DNA of 63,895 nucleotides from Nitrospirota bacterium (lineage in GTDB: Bacteria; Nitrospirota; Thermodesulfovibrionia; Thermodesulfovibrionales; JdFR-85). Both the position numbers and the translations under genes were made by a program. The DNA is taken from assembly GCA_011051565.1 (NCBI GenBank), contig DRKX01000005.1, positions 1-63,895 of the forward strand. Direction: 5' to 3'. Of this stretch, positions 10,360 to 19,476 are shown piece by piece; within the stretch, counting starts at the first letter, position 1; every line of letters begins with the position of its first letter. Below the pieces are notes generated by a model. That model did no database searches. It saw only the letters and a list, made by a program, of their open reading frames with translations, and was not told where the DNA came from.

Positions 10360-10641
10360 GTGGCGAAATGCAGGGCGCATCTCTACATTGAAGGGCTCGT
10401 ACAGGGTGTCTTCTACAGGGCCTTCGTGCGCGAACTCGCCCTCAGGACCGGTCTCAGGGGGTGGGTGAGAAACCTCCCTGACGGCAGGGTGGAAGCGGTC
10501 TTCGAGGGCGCTGAGGAGGACATAGAGAGCGCTGTGAGGGAGTGCCGAAAGGGCCCCCCAGCAGCCCGTGTCACCAATGTTGACGTTACGTGGGAGTCCT
10601 ACAAGGGCGAGTTCAGGGATTTCGAGATAAGGTACTTTTGA
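10360..10641 (+). CDS. acyP: Acylphosphatase
   Basis: 93 aa from in-frame GTG 10360, preceded by AAGGAGA. GLVQGVFYRAFVRELALRTGLRGWVRNLPDGRVEAVFEG is the acylphosphatase signature. The ORF-track start at 10270 overlaps the upstream gene. Confidence 0.85.
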   Translation: MAKCRAHLYIEGLVQGVFYRAFVRELALRTGLRGWVRNLPDGRVEAVFEGAEEDIESAVRECRKGPPAARVTNVDVTWESYKGEFRDFEIRYF

Positions 10642-10648
10642 AGGCCGG

Positions 10649-11611
10649 ATGAGCGGACTGCTTGCGGAGCTTAAAGAGAGGGTGCTCGACGGAGGGGAGA
10701 TATCGGAAGAAGAGGCGCGTCACCTTGTGGACGCCCCCCTCCATTCCCTGTTCGAGGCAGCAACGTCCATACGGGAGCGCTTCAGGGGAGACACGGTCGA
10801 CCTCTGTGCGATCGTCAACGCGAAGTCCGGCAACTGCAGTGAGGACTGCGCCTACTGTGCGCAGTCCACGAGGCACAGGACCGGAATAGACGTCTATCCC
10901 TGGCTCGGCAGGGAAGAGATACTCCGGAGGGCGGAGGAGGCGCGCAGCTCGGGCGCAAAGAGGTTCTGCATCGTCACGAGCGGAAAGAGGCTCTCGCGCG
11001 GAGAGATAGAGTACGTGGCCTCCGCTGTCGGCGGCATACGGCGGATCGGCCTTCTGCCCTGCGCTACACTCGGCCTCCTCGACAGGGAGGACCTCGACAG
11101 GCTGAAGGATGCCGGTCTCGACCGGTTCCACCACAACCTCGAGACCTCCGAGAGCTTTTTCCCGAACATATGTACCACGCACACATACGATGACAAGTTG
11201 AGGACGATCGATGCCGTGAAGCAGGCCGGCCTCTCGCTCTGTTCGGGCGGCATTTTCGGTATCGGAGAGTCGTGGGACGACAGACTCGGCATGGCGTTCA
11301 CTCTGAAGCGGCTGGACGTGGACTCCGTGCCCATAAACTTTCTGATGCCGGTGAAGGGGACGCCGCTGGGCCGTCTTCCCCTGCTTGAGCCGCTTGAGGC
11401 CCTGAGGATCGTCGGCATATACAGGTTCATACTCCCGCAGAAGGAGATAAGGCTGTGCGGCGGGCGGGTGCAGACCCTCGGAGAGTTGAACTCCATGGTC
11501 TTCCTTGCAGGCGCCGACGGCCTCCTGATCGGTAACTACCTCACGATGAAGGGCCGGAGCGCTGATGACGACATCAGGCTGATCGAGTCGCTGGGGCTCA
11601 GATGCGCGTAG
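10649..11611 (+). CDS. bioB: Biotin synthase
   Basis: 320 aa. Radical-SAM CSEDCAYC, plus NLETSESFFPNICTTHTYDDKLRT and SGGIFGIGES. Confidence 0.93.
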   Translation: MSGLLAELKERVLDGGEISEEEARHLVDAPLHSLFEAATSIRERFRGDTVDLCAIVNAKSGNCSEDCAYCAQSTRHRTGIDVYPWLGREEILRRAEEARSSGAKRFCIVTSGKRLSRGEIEYVASAVGGIRRIGLLPCATLGLLDREDLDRLKDAGLDRFHHNLETSESFFPNICTTHTYDDKLRTIDAVKQAGLSLCSGGIFGIGESWDDRLGMAFTLKRLDVDSVPINFLMPVKGTPLGRLPLLEPLEALRIVGIYRFILPQKEIRLCGGRVQTLGELNSMVFLAGADGLLIGNYLTMKGRSADDDIRLIESLGLRCA

Positions 11612-11657
11612 CCGGCCTGCTGAAGTGCAGGGACTCGATGCCGGGGTGCAGCTCTTC

Positions 11658-12449
11658 ATGTACTGGAGCATAAGAATGAGGGCCTCACGCAGCGGGATGC
11701 ACGTCTCCGGTGCTGAGGGCATCTTTGACGAGGGCGAACTGGAGGGCAGGGCGGCCGCTTACCTGAGGCGCGCGCTGCATCACGACCGGGGTGAGCCTTA
11801 CAAGGTGGTGATCACGGTCGAGAGGCTCGAAGAAGAGCCCCTCCTCGTGGGGATGCTCCCGGTGCACGCGGTGGGTGTGCCGGACTATGCTGGGGCATGG
11901 AGGTTCATGGAGGCGGTGCTGAAGTCACTGGGTGTCTCCGCCAGGGCGTTCGATGCCGCAAGGGCGGTCGTCGAGTCCCGGGACGTGATGAGGGGGGCCG
12001 CGCTCGTCAGGGCCCTGAGCGGTGCAAGGGTGGAACCCGACAGTGTCCGAGGTGTGAGGGCCACGAGACTCGGCATGGAGCCGGACCTGATGCAGCGGTT
12101 GAAGGAGCGCCTCGACAGGCTTGGTGCGGACGGCTCCGTCGTCTCCGAGGCGGTCGTGCTCGCCTCGAAGGTGGCATCCTCACCCGGTGTGGTGGCGGAA
12201 CTCTGTGTGTCAGACGACCCCGGCTACACGACCGGTTATATCGCATCGAGAGCGGCCGGTTACATCAGGGTGCCTCATGTAAAGCCTGCTGGTGCAATGA
12301 GTGGAGGCAGGGTCTTCTTCGTTACAGAGGAGTGCAACGTGGTGGATACCGTCAGGTACCTCGAGGAGACCCCGGTCATGGTCGGCACACTCTCAGACAT
12401 ACACGATACGGTCAGCCCTGATGAGTTCATCCGCGGTATTGATCGTTAA
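11658..12449 (+). CDS. bioW: 6-carboxyhexanoate-CoA ligase (pimeloyl-CoA synthetase)
   Basis: SIRMRASRSGMHVSGAEGI and ASKVASSPGVVAELCVSDDPGYTTGYIASR...GGRVFFV match my recollection of B. subtilis/Aquifex BioW. Start is ATG 11658 (GTG 11625 also possible). Confidence 0.85.
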   Translation: MYWSIRMRASRSGMHVSGAEGIFDEGELEGRAAAYLRRALHHDRGEPYKVVITVERLEEEPLLVGMLPVHAVGVPDYAGAWRFMEAVLKSLGVSARAFDAARAVVESRDVMRGAALVRALSGARVEPDSVRGVRATRLGMEPDLMQRLKERLDRLGADGSVVSEAVVLASKVASSPGVVAELCVSDDPGYTTGYIASRAAGYIRVPHVKPAGAMSGGRVFFVTEECNVVDTVRYLEETPVMVGTLSDIHDTVSPDEFIRGIDR

Positions 12450-13275
12450 CCCAGCCTCGGGCTCCTACTCCGAAGAGAGGCTCATGCTCGCCGTGGGGCT
12501 CCTCAGGGAGAGGTTCGGGGAGGTCTCCATACTGCGTACCGGCAAGAGGGGTGATGCCGAGGCCATGGCGAGGGACGCCGCAGCGAAGTCCCCGGAGATG
12601 ATCCTCTCCGTGGGCGGCGACGGCACCTTCAATGAGGTGGTCAACGGCACGGCCTTCACCGACGTACCGGTCGCCTTCGTCCCCGCCGGCACCACCAACG
12701 TCCTCGCCAGGGAACTCGGCTTGCCCGGAGACATCTACGATGCCGTGAAGGAGACACTCAGGGGAAGGCCCGAGTACGTCCACCTCGGCAGGATAAACGG
12801 GAGGTACTTCGTCCTCATGGCGGGCATAGGCTTTGACGGCGAGGCCGTCTGGAGGGTGAAACAGGGCCTGAAGCGCATATCAGGCAAGGGGGCCTACGTG
12901 CTGAGCGGTCTCGGCTGCTTTTTGAGGTACCGTCCCGGAAGGCTCAGGATCGTGATCGATGGAAGGGCATGCGAGGGCTATGGGCTTGTAGCCTGTAACT
13001 CCGGCTACTATGCGGGGAGCTTCAGGATCTGCCGCGGAGCGGGCCTCGGCTCACCCTGCCTGCACGTCTCCGTAATGGAGGGGGGAAGGAGATCGGACCT
13101 CCTGCGATATGTGCTCAGGGTCGTGATCGGCAGGCCTGCGGTGCCGGCATGCGTGGAGGGGAGGAGGATAGAGGTCTACGGAGACGCCCACATCCAGGTG
13201 GACGGTGATTACTTCGGTAGGACCCCGGCGGTGATCACTTTCCATGAGAACGCCCTCAGGCTGATGGTTCAGTAG
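12421..13275 (+). CDS. Diacylglycerol/lipid kinase family protein (YegS/BmrU-like)
   Basis: AVLIVNPASGSY..., GGDGTFNEVVNG, PAGTTNVLARELG. Start ATG 12421; the 12301 extension overlaps bioW. Confidence 0.85.
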   Translation: MSSSAVLIVNPASGSYSEERLMLAVGLLRERFGEVSILRTGKRGDAEAMARDAAAKSPEMILSVGGDGTFNEVVNGTAFTDVPVAFVPAGTTNVLARELGLPGDIYDAVKETLRGRPEYVHLGRINGRYFVLMAGIGFDGEAVWRVKQGLKRISGKGAYVLSGLGCFLRYRPGRLRIVIDGRACEGYGLVACNSGYYAGSFRICRGAGLGSPCLHVSVMEGGRRSDLLRYVLRVVIGRPAVPACVEGRRIEVYGDAHIQVDGDYFGRTPAVITFHENALRLMVQ

Positions 13276-13856
13276 TGCTTCTTCAGCTCCTTGAGGACCT
13301 GTTTCCCGATGTTCTTGAGGGTCTCGAACACGCCCATGCCCTGTGTGGCCACACACTCGAACCAGGGGACCTTCGTGGGATTCAACAGCCTGTCCAGCTC
13401 GGCCACCGGGACGATGTTCGGCAGGTCTCGCTTGTTGTACTGTATGGTGTAGGGGAGCCGGTCGAGCTCGTAGCCCTGGTCGGCGAGGTTGATCTTGAGG
13501 TCCTCGAGGCTCTCGATATTGGCGTCGGTCCTCTCGATCTGCGAGTCGGCCACGAAGACGACCCCGTCCACTCCCTTCAGTATGAGCTTTCTGCTTGCGG
13601 CATAGAAGACCTGGCCGGGCACGGTGTAGAGGTGGAACCTCACCTTGAACCCCTTGATGTCGCCGAGTGCAAGCGGAAGGAAGTCGAAGAAGAGGGTGCG
13701 TTCCGTCTCAGTGGCGAGGGATATGAGTTTTCCCTTCTGCTGGGGGGATGTCTTCCTGTAGATGAATTGTAGGTTTGTGGTCTTGCCGCACAGCCCGGGG
13801 CCGTAATAGACTATCTTGCAGTTTATCTCTCTGGAGGAGTAGTTTATAAAGGACAC
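13269..13856 (-). CDS. mglA: Ras-like small GTPase MglA
   Basis: 195 aa. MSFINYSSREINCKIVYYGPGLCGKTTNLQFIY...RFHLYTVPGQVFY is almost identical to the Myxococcus MglA N-terminus as I remember it. Confidence 0.93.
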   Translation of the reverse strand: MSFINYSSREINCKIVYYGPGLCGKTTNLQFIYRKTSPQQKGKLISLATETERTLFFDFLPLALGDIKGFKVRFHLYTVPGQVFYAASRKLILKGVDGVVFVADSQIERTDANIESLEDLKINLADQGYELDRLPYTIQYNKRDLPNIVPVAELDRLLNPTKVPWFECVATQGMGVFETLKNIGKQVLKELKKHY

Positions 13857-13866
13857 CTAACAACAC

Positions 13867-14352
13867 CTACTTGAAAAGTTGGTCGATATCTTCATCGGTG
13901 ATCTCGGCGAACGGGGACAGTTCAGCCCTCCCCCTGTTCTCTCCGAGGGCCTTCCTGTCCATCTCGTGGAATATCCTCGTCAGCGCTGCCGTGGACTTCT
14001 TGACCCTGAGCCTGACGATCCCGAGGGAGGACCTCTGGTCGAACAGCACCCCCAGGATGACCTTGTTGGCCACGATCGATATGTGGATGTTGTCTCTGTC
14101 CCCTTCGTGGAAGAGGATGGAGAATTCCTTCTGGCCGAGGAGCTTCGCTATGCCGCCTGTGGCGGCTATGTTGCCTGCGGTGAGCGAGGCGAGGGCGGTG
14201 GTGTCTATATTGTGCGTATCACCCGCCGAGGCGATCAGCTGGCCGTTCTTGTCAACGAGAAAGACGAGCTTGGCATTGGCCAGCTGGTAGAGCCTCCTCA
14301 ATTCCTCATCGACCCTCCGGAACTCTTCCTCATACATTACGAAGTCGGACAT
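13867..14352 (-). CDS. mglB: Roadblock/LC7-domain protein MglB (MglA GAP)
   Basis: 161 aa, immediately upstream of mglA. Roadblock-like core AKLVFLVDKNGQLIASAGD...LASLTAGNIAATGGIAKLLG. Confidence 0.8.
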   Translation of the reverse strand: MSDFVMYEEEFRRVDEELRRLYQLANAKLVFLVDKNGQLIASAGDTHNIDTTALASLTAGNIAATGGIAKLLGQKEFSILFHEGDRDNIHISIVANKVILGVLFDQRSSLGIVRLRVKKSTAALTRIFHEMDRKALGENRGRAELSPFAEITDEDIDQLFK

Positions 14353-14444
14353 CTCACTCCCGGACAGACCTTTTTTGGGCCAAAATCATCCATAGTCCTG
14401 TTGTTTTACATTAACAGAACGGGAGATTATTTTCAACCGCAGGC

Positions 14445-15407
14445 TCAGCCCTCTCCCTTGGTCTCGGCCTCTTCACGCCAGCAGGCCTCCTCCCTCAGGA
14501 GGTTCTCCCACTCGCGGTCGACGTTCTCCTGGGCCTGTTTCAGCAGGTCCTGACTGTCCGGTGAGAAGAGGTGTTTGAACCTGCCCTGGGTCTTGAGGAA
14601 CTCGGTGACGGGCTTCTTTTCCTTGGGCTTGTAGTTTATGGTCAGCCTGCCGTTCTCGTATTCATAGAGCGGCCAGAAACAGGTGTCTGCGGCGATCCTG
14701 CAGAGTTCGACCGCGTTGTGCGTCGGGGTCCTCCAGCCGCGGTTGCAGGGGGCGAGTATGTTGATGAAGGCAGGGCCGTCGACATCGAGGGCCTTGCGGA
14801 CCTTTGTCATGAGGTCGCGCCAGTGTGCCGGCGAGGCCTGTGCGGCGTAGGGGATGTTGTGTGCCGCCATTATCTTGGTCAGGTTCTTGCGCGGTTGCTG
14901 CTTGCCGTGTATCACGCTGCCGGCCGGGCAGGTGGTCGTGTTGGCGCCCAGCGGCGTGGCGCTGGAGCGCTGTATCCCCGTATTCATGTACGCACCGTTG
15001 TCGTAACAGATGTATACGATGTCGTGCCTGCGCTCCATGGCGCCGGAGAGGCTCTGAAACCCGATGTCGTACGTGCCGCCGTCTCCTCCGAACGCGATGA
15101 ACTTGATCTTGCGGTCTACCCTTCCCTTCTTCTTCAGGGCCTTGTACATTGCCTCGACCCCCGAGATCGTGGCGGCCGCGTTTTCAAACGCCGTGTGTAT
15201 CCACGGGATCTTCCACGCTGTGTAAGGATAGATCGTGGTCGAGACCTCCAGGCAGCCGGTTGCGTTCGAGGCCACCAGGGGGACTTCAGCGGCGAGCAAT
15301 ACCTGCCTGATCGCTATCGGTGCCCCGCAGCCCGCGCAGAGCCTGTGTCCGCCCGTGAGAAGATCAGCCTTTTTGGAAAGCTCCTTTAGTCTCAGTGGTG
15401 TTGACAT
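14445..15407 (-). CDS. porB: 2-oxoacid (pyruvate):ferredoxin oxidoreductase, beta subunit (TPP-binding)
   Basis: 320 aa. GHRLCAGCGAPIA, FGGDGGTYDIGFQSLSGA, ICYDNGAYMNTGIQRS. Confidence 0.9.
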   Translation of the reverse strand: MSTPLRLKELSKKADLLTGGHRLCAGCGAPIAIRQVLLAAEVPLVASNATGCLEVSTTIYPYTAWKIPWIHTAFENAAATISGVEAMYKALKKKGRVDRKIKFIAFGGDGGTYDIGFQSLSGAMERRHDIVYICYDNGAYMNTGIQRSSATPLGANTTTCPAGSVIHGKQQPRKNLTKIMAAHNIPYAAQASPAHWRDLMTKVRKALDVDGPAFINILAPCNRGWRTPTHNAVELCRIAADTCFWPLYEYENGRLTINYKPKEKKPVTEFLKTQGRFKHLFSPDSQDLLKQAQENVDREWENLLREEACWREEAETKGEG

Positions 15408-15540
15408 CTTTCACTCCTTGGAATCTCGATTTTTGAATCTTGAGTTTTCAATGCAGGAACCTCTGTCCCTCGACTGTGGACCGCTTCAATTCCTGGTATC
15501 AGTATGTCCTGACCGGAAGGTAGAGTCCCGGCGGTAATCT

Positions 15541-16719
15541 CTATTCCCTCACCCCGATGTACTCCTTCAGTGTCGTAGCCTTGCCGGTGTCGGCGATCTC
15601 CACCAGTTCCTTGATCACCGCCTCCGCGTCCTCGGGCATGAAGTCCCTGCCGCCGAGGCCGTATATCCTGTTGATCATCACCGGTGAGGAACCGGACGCA
15701 ATCATGGCCGAGGCGATCTCCATGTACATCGGACCGAAACCGCCGAAGGAGTCGGCCCTGTCGAATACGCCGATCACCCTTGCACTGCCGAGGGCGTCGG
15801 CTACTTCCTCGTAGGGGAACGGCCTGAAGAGCCTCGGCTTCAGGAGCCCCACCTTTATGCCCTTGTCCCTGAAGGCGTCGACGACGTCCTTGGCCGTGCC
15901 GGCCGCTGAGTTGAGCACGACGATCGCGATCTCGGCGTCATCGAGCCTGTAGGACTCGAAGAGTCCGTAGCTCCTGCCCGAGACCTTCTCGAACTCCTTG
16001 GCCACATCGAGCGTCACCTTCTTCGCCCGCTTTATCGCCTCGTGCTGTGCCTTCTTGAACTCTATGTAGTAGTCCGGCAGAACAAGCGGGCCGTACGTGA
16101 CCGGTTTGTCGACGTCGAGGAGGGGATTGGTCGGCTTGAACTCACCGATGAAGTCCCTCACGACCTCGTCGGGAAGGAATTCCATGCTCTCTATGGAGTG
16201 ACTTATGATGAAGCCGTCCATGCATACCATTGCAGGGAGCCTGATCTCCTCGTGCTCGGCGATCCTTACGGCTTGAAAGATGTTGTCGTAGGCCTCCTGG
16301 GCGTTCTCGGAGTATATCTGGATCCAGCTGCAGTCCCTCGATCCCATCCCGTCGGAGTGGTCGCCGTGGATGTTGATCGGGGCCGAGAGCGCCCTGTTCA
16401 CGAGCGCCATCGCTATGGGAAGCCTCATGCCCGCGGCGATATGGAGCATCTCCCACATGAGGGCGAGTCCCTGCGACGACGTCGCGGTCATAACCCTGCC
16501 TCCAGCCGCCGAGGCGCCTATGCACGCGCTCATCGCACTGTGTTCACTCTCGACGGTGACGAGTTCCGTATCCACCACACCGTCTGATACAAAGGATGCG
16601 AACCTCTGCATTATCTCCGTCGACGGCGTGATGGGATAGGCTGCGCAGACGTCCGGGTTTATCTGTTTCATCGCCTCTGCCACGGCCTGGTTTCCTGTGA
16701 TTGCGAGTTTCTTGCCCAT
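15541..16719 (-). CDS. porA: 2-oxoacid (pyruvate):ferredoxin oxidoreductase, alpha subunit
   Basis: 392 aa. TGNQAVAEAMKQINPDVCAAYPITPSTEI, SEHSAMSACIGASAAGGRVMTATSSQGL. Confidence 0.9.
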   Translation of the reverse strand: MGKKLAITGNQAVAEAMKQINPDVCAAYPITPSTEIMQRFASFVSDGVVDTELVTVESEHSAMSACIGASAAGGRVMTATSSQGLALMWEMLHIAAGMRLPIAMALVNRALSAPINIHGDHSDGMGSRDCSWIQIYSENAQEAYDNIFQAVRIAEHEEIRLPAMVCMDGFIISHSIESMEFLPDEVVRDFIGEFKPTNPLLDVDKPVTYGPLVLPDYYIEFKKAQHEAIKRAKKVTLDVAKEFEKVSGRSYGLFESYRLDDAEIAIVVLNSAAGTAKDVVDAFRDKGIKVGLLKPRLFRPFPYEEVADALGSARVIGVFDRADSFGGFGPMYMEIASAMIASGSSPVMINRIYGLGGRDFMPEDAEAVIKELVEIADTGKATTLKEYIGVRE

Positions 16720-16720
16720 T

Positions 16721-17014
16721 TCAGTTGCCCTCCTCTACCATCACGATGGCCTTGTTGCCCTTCTTCCCTGGACACTCGTGCGCGCACACTCCACAGCCCT
16801 TGCAGTGTTCGTAGTCGAAATCACCCCTCTTGCCGTCACTGACCGTGACAGAGGAGTCAGGACAGTATATCCAGCAGAAGAGACACTGTATGCAGTTCTC
16901 CTCTTTCCACTGAGGCCTGAATGCACGCCATGAACCCGTGTTGTACTGTGCCGCATTGCCGGCCTCAGGGATAACAGCACCCATCTCCAGTTCTTTCCAT
17001 CCCTTCAGTTTCAT
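16721..17014 (-). CDS. porD: 2-oxoacid:ferredoxin oxidoreductase, delta subunit (2x[4Fe-4S])
   Basis: 97 aa. CIQCLFCWIYCPD and CKGCGVCAHECP. Overlaps the porG stop. Confidence 0.85.
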   Translation of the reverse strand: MKLKGWKELEMGAVIPEAGNAAQYNTGSWRAFRPQWKEENCIQCLFCWIYCPDSSVTVSDGKRGDFDYEHCKGCGVCAHECPGKKGNKAIVMVEEGN

Positions 17015-17586
17015 CCTTCCTTAACCTCCTCATAGCCTCTCCTGGTCGCTTCAAGGTTGGCCGTGATGATCTTTTCAGAGAATTTACTGCCGAAGCTCCC
17101 CTTCACGTCGTCGAGCAGCGTCTGGAGATCGGTTATACCCGACGCCCGTGTGAGGGCCCCGAGCACGCACGAGTTAGGGAGGGGTCTCCCGATGGTCTCC
17201 AGTGCGATCGTGCTCGCATCGATGGTGAAGAGCTTCTGGGTATCCTTCAGCTTCAGCTTCTTCCTGATCTCTTCGGGCGTCTTGTGTGTGTTGACCACGA
17301 AGATGGCGTCGTCGGGCGTCCCTTCGGTGATGTCGATACTCTCTATGAGGGTTGCATCCATCACGACCACGATCTTCGGATGCGTGACAGGGCAGTGTAT
17401 CCTCAGGGGCTTTGTGCTTATGCGGTTGTAAGCCCTCAGAGGAGCACCGGCCCTCTCGGGGCCGTACTCCGGGAACGCCTGCACGTTCTTGCCGCCGCTC
17501 AGGCATGCATCGGCCAATACCTTGGCAGCAGTGACGGTGCCCTGTCCACCCCTGCCGTGCCATCTGATCTCGATTGTCTCACTCAT
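17011..17586 (-). CDS. porG: 2-oxoacid:ferredoxin oxidoreductase, gamma subunit
   Basis: 191 aa. IRWHGRGGQGTVTAAKVLA...FPEYGPERAGAP. First gene in the gamma-delta-alpha-beta order. Confidence 0.9.
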   Translation of the reverse strand: MSETIEIRWHGRGGQGTVTAAKVLADACLSGGKNVQAFPEYGPERAGAPLRAYNRISTKPLRIHCPVTHPKIVVVMDATLIESIDITEGTPDDAIFVVNTHKTPEEIRKKLKLKDTQKLFTIDASTIALETIGRPLPNSCVLGALTRASGITDLQTLLDDVKGSFGSKFSEKIITANLEATRRGYEEVKEG

Positions 17587-17751
17587 AAAGGACTCCTCCG
17601 TTGATTACGTCTCGGTTTCTGTTCGGAAAATCGACAAGTCTCCCGACCGCCCTATATTCTATTAGATTGAAGATTCTTATTTCAAGGAAATTAGCTGTTT
17701 AACCGCGTTTTGGCCTTTTTTTCTCTGATACTGTTATGATATTTTTTTATA

Positions 17752-19410
17752 ATGCTGAGGGAGCTGAGGATAAGGAACTTCGCGATAGTCGACAGTGTCG
17801 GTCTCTGTTTCAGGGAGGGGCTGAACGTGATAACAGGAGAGACAGGGGCCGGCAAGTCCCTTGTGGTGGACGCCATCGAGCTGGTGCTCGGGGGGAGGGC
17901 GAGTTCCGACTCGGTGAGGGCCGGCGCTGAAGAGGCGTGGATAGAGGCCCTGTTCGAGTCTGCCGGGGGCCCTTTGGTCGAGTCCCTCGGCATCTCGGGC
18001 GACGACGGCGTTATAGTGAAGCGGGTGATATCGAGGTCCGGAAGGAGCAGGGCCTACATCAATGATTCCCTGGTGACCATACAGACCCTCTCGGCCCTCG
18101 GCAGGGGGCTCGTCGACCTCCACGGCCAGCATGAACACCAGAGCCTCCTCTCGTCCGGCGTGCAGAGGAGGCTCGTCGACTCCTTCGGGAGGCTCGAGGG
18201 CCTTGCCGGGGAGGTCTCACGGCTCCACGGCAGGTACCGGCGCCTCGAGGAGACGCTCGGAGACATAAGGGGCAAGGCGAGAGAGCGCGCGCAGAGGATA
18301 GACCTCCTGAGGTATCAGCTCGGCGAGATCGAAGCAGCCGGGCTTGAGCCCGGGGAGGAGGAGAGGCTGCTCGAGGAGAAGTCGGTCCTTTCGAACCTCA
18401 CCCGGCTGAGATACCTCGGCGAGACAGCGTTCTCGCTTCTCAAGGACGACGAGGGGTCGGTCATCGAGAAGCTCGGCATGATAGTCCGTGACGTGGAAGA
18501 ACTCAACCGCATGGATCCCTCGGCTGAAGAGGTGCTCGAGTCACTGAAGGATGCCGAGGCGCTCCTGCACGAAGCAGCCGCCTCCCTCCGCGGCGTCAAG
18601 GAGAGGTACGACTGCGAGCCCGCGAGACTCGAAGACGTGGAGTCGAGACTGGCGCTGATCGAGGACCTGAAGAGAAAGTACGGTGAGACTGAGGCGGAAG
18701 TGCTCGCATACAGGGACAGGGCGGAGGAGGAACTCCATGAACTCGAGGGACTCGAAGAGCGGGGCGCCGGGGTCGAGGAGGAACTCGAAGAGGTCCGTTC
18801 TGTGTTGATGGAGAAGGCCGCCATGCTGAGCGGCATGAGGAAGGAGACGGCCCGGAGGGTGGAAGAGACCATGAGGGATATACTCTCCGGGCTCGCCTTC
18901 AGCCGCCCGGACTTCAGGATAGAGATCACGGAGACGCCGATCTCGCCGAGCGGCATCGACAGGGTGGAGTTCCTCTTCTCCGCCAATCCCGGCCAGCCGC
19001 CGCGTCCACTCGGCAGGGTGGCCTCAGGCGGTGAACTCTCAAGGGTGATGCTCGCCCTGAAGTGCGTGTTCGCGGATGTCGACAGGGTGCCCGTGCTCGT
19101 CTTCGACGAGGTCGATGCCGGTGTCGGAGGGCAGACGGCCGAGTCGGTCGGCGAGAGGCTGAGCCGGCTGTCGGAGAGCCGCCAGGTGATCTGTATCACC
19201 CACCTGCCGCAGATCGCATCGAGGGCCGATTCCCACCTCCTTGTAACAAAGGACGAAGACGCCGGGGGTGTCAGCGTCACGGTCGGCGAACTCGACCGCG
19301 AGGGCCGGGTGAGGGAGATTGCAAGGATGCTGAGCGGCTCCGTGACCGGGGTCTCTCTCAGGCATGCCGAGGACCTGCTGCGGAAGGCCGGGCGGTCTCG
19401 GGGAGGATGA
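17752..19410 (+). CDS. recN: DNA repair protein RecN
   Basis: 552 aa. MLRELRIRNFAIVDS...VITGETGAGKS (Walker A), central coiled coil, SGGELSRVMLALK...VLVFDEVDAGVGG. Confidence 0.93.
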   Translation: MLRELRIRNFAIVDSVGLCFREGLNVITGETGAGKSLVVDAIELVLGGRASSDSVRAGAEEAWIEALFESAGGPLVESLGISGDDGVIVKRVISRSGRSRAYINDSLVTIQTLSALGRGLVDLHGQHEHQSLLSSGVQRRLVDSFGRLEGLAGEVSRLHGRYRRLEETLGDIRGKARERAQRIDLLRYQLGEIEAAGLEPGEEERLLEEKSVLSNLTRLRYLGETAFSLLKDDEGSVIEKLGMIVRDVEELNRMDPSAEEVLESLKDAEALLHEAAASLRGVKERYDCEPARLEDVESRLALIEDLKRKYGETEAEVLAYRDRAEEELHELEGLEERGAGVEEELEEVRSVLMEKAAMLSGMRKETARRVEETMRDILSGLAFSRPDFRIEITETPISPSGIDRVEFLFSANPGQPPRPLGRVASGGELSRVMLALKCVFADVDRVPVLVFDEVDAGVGGQTAESVGERLSRLSESRQVICITHLPQIASRADSHLLVTKDEDAGGVSVTVGELDREGRVREIARMLSGSVTGVSLRHAEDLLRKAGRSRGG

Positions 19411-19476
19411 GATGGGGCCCCTTGATCCGGAAGGAATCCCCGTGATACCATGGTTCGTGTCGGCTCAGGAGGAGGA

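Noticed and set aside
12301-12420. Upstream extensions of several track ORFs: 12301, 10270, 34620, 35123, 36223, 41932, 42350, 45674, 46727, 48674, 19450.
   Set aside because: The extensions overlap the preceding gene or lack an RBS. An internal ATG/GTG with a GGAGG-type RBS matches the family N-terminus in each case.
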